Source: an uncultured Muribaculaceae bacterium (lineage in GTDB: Bacteria > Bacillota_I > Bacilli_A > RF39 > UBA660). Taken from it: a stretch of 14,730 nt of DNA. The stretch lies in assembly GCA_964587565.1 (NCBI GenBank), contig CAZPLK010000013.1, positions 1 through 14,730 of the forward strand. The letters are read 5' to 3'. The notes beneath the pieces are model-generated. The model ran no database searches. It was not told the origin of the DNA and saw only the letters and a list, made by a program, of their open reading frames with translations. Positions 14,500-14,730 of this stretch are shown piece by piece. A program made the position numbers and the translations under genes. Position 1 is the first letter of the stretch, and every line of letters starts with the position of its first letter.

Positions 14500-14730
14500 T
14501 TAATGTCCCAAAACGCAACGAACCGAGCGACCGTAACTCTGACTGTAGTCGACGCGATGAACACCATCATTAGAAGAGAACATGAAACGCCTCCAAGCAT
14601 CCGAACCTGAGAGAGAAGACGTCCACCAATTACCGCCAGACCCAACATTGCCGATCGCACCAGAGGCGTTACGGTGACCAGCAGGCAGGGCACTAAACCC
14701 ATAATCATCTGTTCCACCCATAACTACTGC
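14500..14730 (-). CDS. DGR target protein, C-terminal fragment (C-type-lectin-fold variable domain, FISUMP/DUF1566-like); the 5' part lies outside the window
   Basis: The reading frame is open to the window edge (AVVMGGTDDYGFSALPAGHRNASGAIGNVGSGGNWWTSSLSGSDAWRRFMFSSNDGVHRVDYSQSYGRSVRCVLGH*). The GFSALPAG...G..WW(S/T)SS...AW......G........G.SVRCV pattern matches my memory of the Fibrobacter-succinogenes-major-paralogous/DUF1566 type of DGR variable domains. The VR occupies the extreme C-terminus. Confidence 0.85.
   Translation of the reverse strand, partial: AVVMGGTDDYGFSALPAGHRNASGAIGNVGSGGNWWTSSLSGSDAWRRFMFSSNDGVHRVDYSQSYGRSVRCVLGH
14505..14687 (-). repeat. DGR variable repeat (VR), inside the 3' end of the target gene
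   Basis: It is the 183-bp counterpart of TR 13253-13435. At the 18 mismatches the VR carries A, C or G on the plus strand where the TR has T. The 30 nt at the 3' end in coding sense (14505-14534) are identical to the TR and GC-rich, which resembles an IMH (initiation of mutagenic homing) element. Confidence 0.95.

Larger units (their letters stand above)
12039..14730 (-). mobile_element. Diversity-generating retroelement cassette: target 3' end (VR), MutS-I-like ORF, avd, TR, RT. The right boundary lies outside the window.
   Basis: All canonical DGR parts are present and co-oriented, and the TR/VR pair shows adenine-specific mismatches. See the individual features. Confidence 0.93.

Noticed and set aside
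13253-14687. Two-copy 183-bp direct repeat as a CRISPR array, IS ends or a simple gene duplication
   Set aside because: There are only two copies, 1252 bp apart, with no spacer-repeat periodicity and no transposase. The strictly adenine-restricted mismatch pattern, together with the adjacent RT and Avd, identifies them as a DGR TR/VR pair.
14427-14717. 96-aa ORF overlapping the VR in another frame
   Set aside because: It is a shadow frame of the GC-rich VR region and runs through the post-VR hairpins. The overlapping frame (14500-14730) translates to a recognisable lectin-fold C-terminus colinear with the TR translation.

Overview
AT-rich (about 25-30% GC by eye) Bacillota-like chromosomal segment, standard genetic code. 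Every credible gene is on the minus strand, with very short intergenic gaps. In transcription order (high to low coordinates) the window holds: (1) a complete diversity-generating retroelement (DGR), made up of the 3' end of a target gene whose C-terminal lectin-like domain carries the variable repeat (VR 14505-14687), a small MutS-domain-I-like ORF, an Avd-type four-helix-bundle ORF, a 159-nt GC-enriched noncoding segment, the template repeat (TR 13253-13435) and a DGR-type reverse transcriptase; (2) the conserved housekeeping cluster ecfA1-ecfA2-ecfT-truA-rplM-rpsI; (3) a CwlD-like amidase, a CopA-type Cu+ P-type ATPase, a standalone Abi_2 (AbiD/AbiF-like) gene, an HtrA protease, two overlapping unknown membrane proteins and hisS. 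The key observation is hand-aligned from the sequence. TR and VR are 183 bp, collinear without indels, and differ at 18 positions. All 18 are adenines in the TR coding strand (A->G 9, A->T 7, A->C 2), with no mismatch at the 141 non-adenine positions. Nearly all fall in positions 1-2 of AAY codons. This is the signature of mutagenic retrohoming. The least-understood parts are the MutS-I-like mini-protein coupled to avd, the hairpins flanking only the VR, and the GC-rich segment upstream of TR. DGRs are a known class, so the element's novelty lies in its accessory content and genomic context, not in the mechanism.
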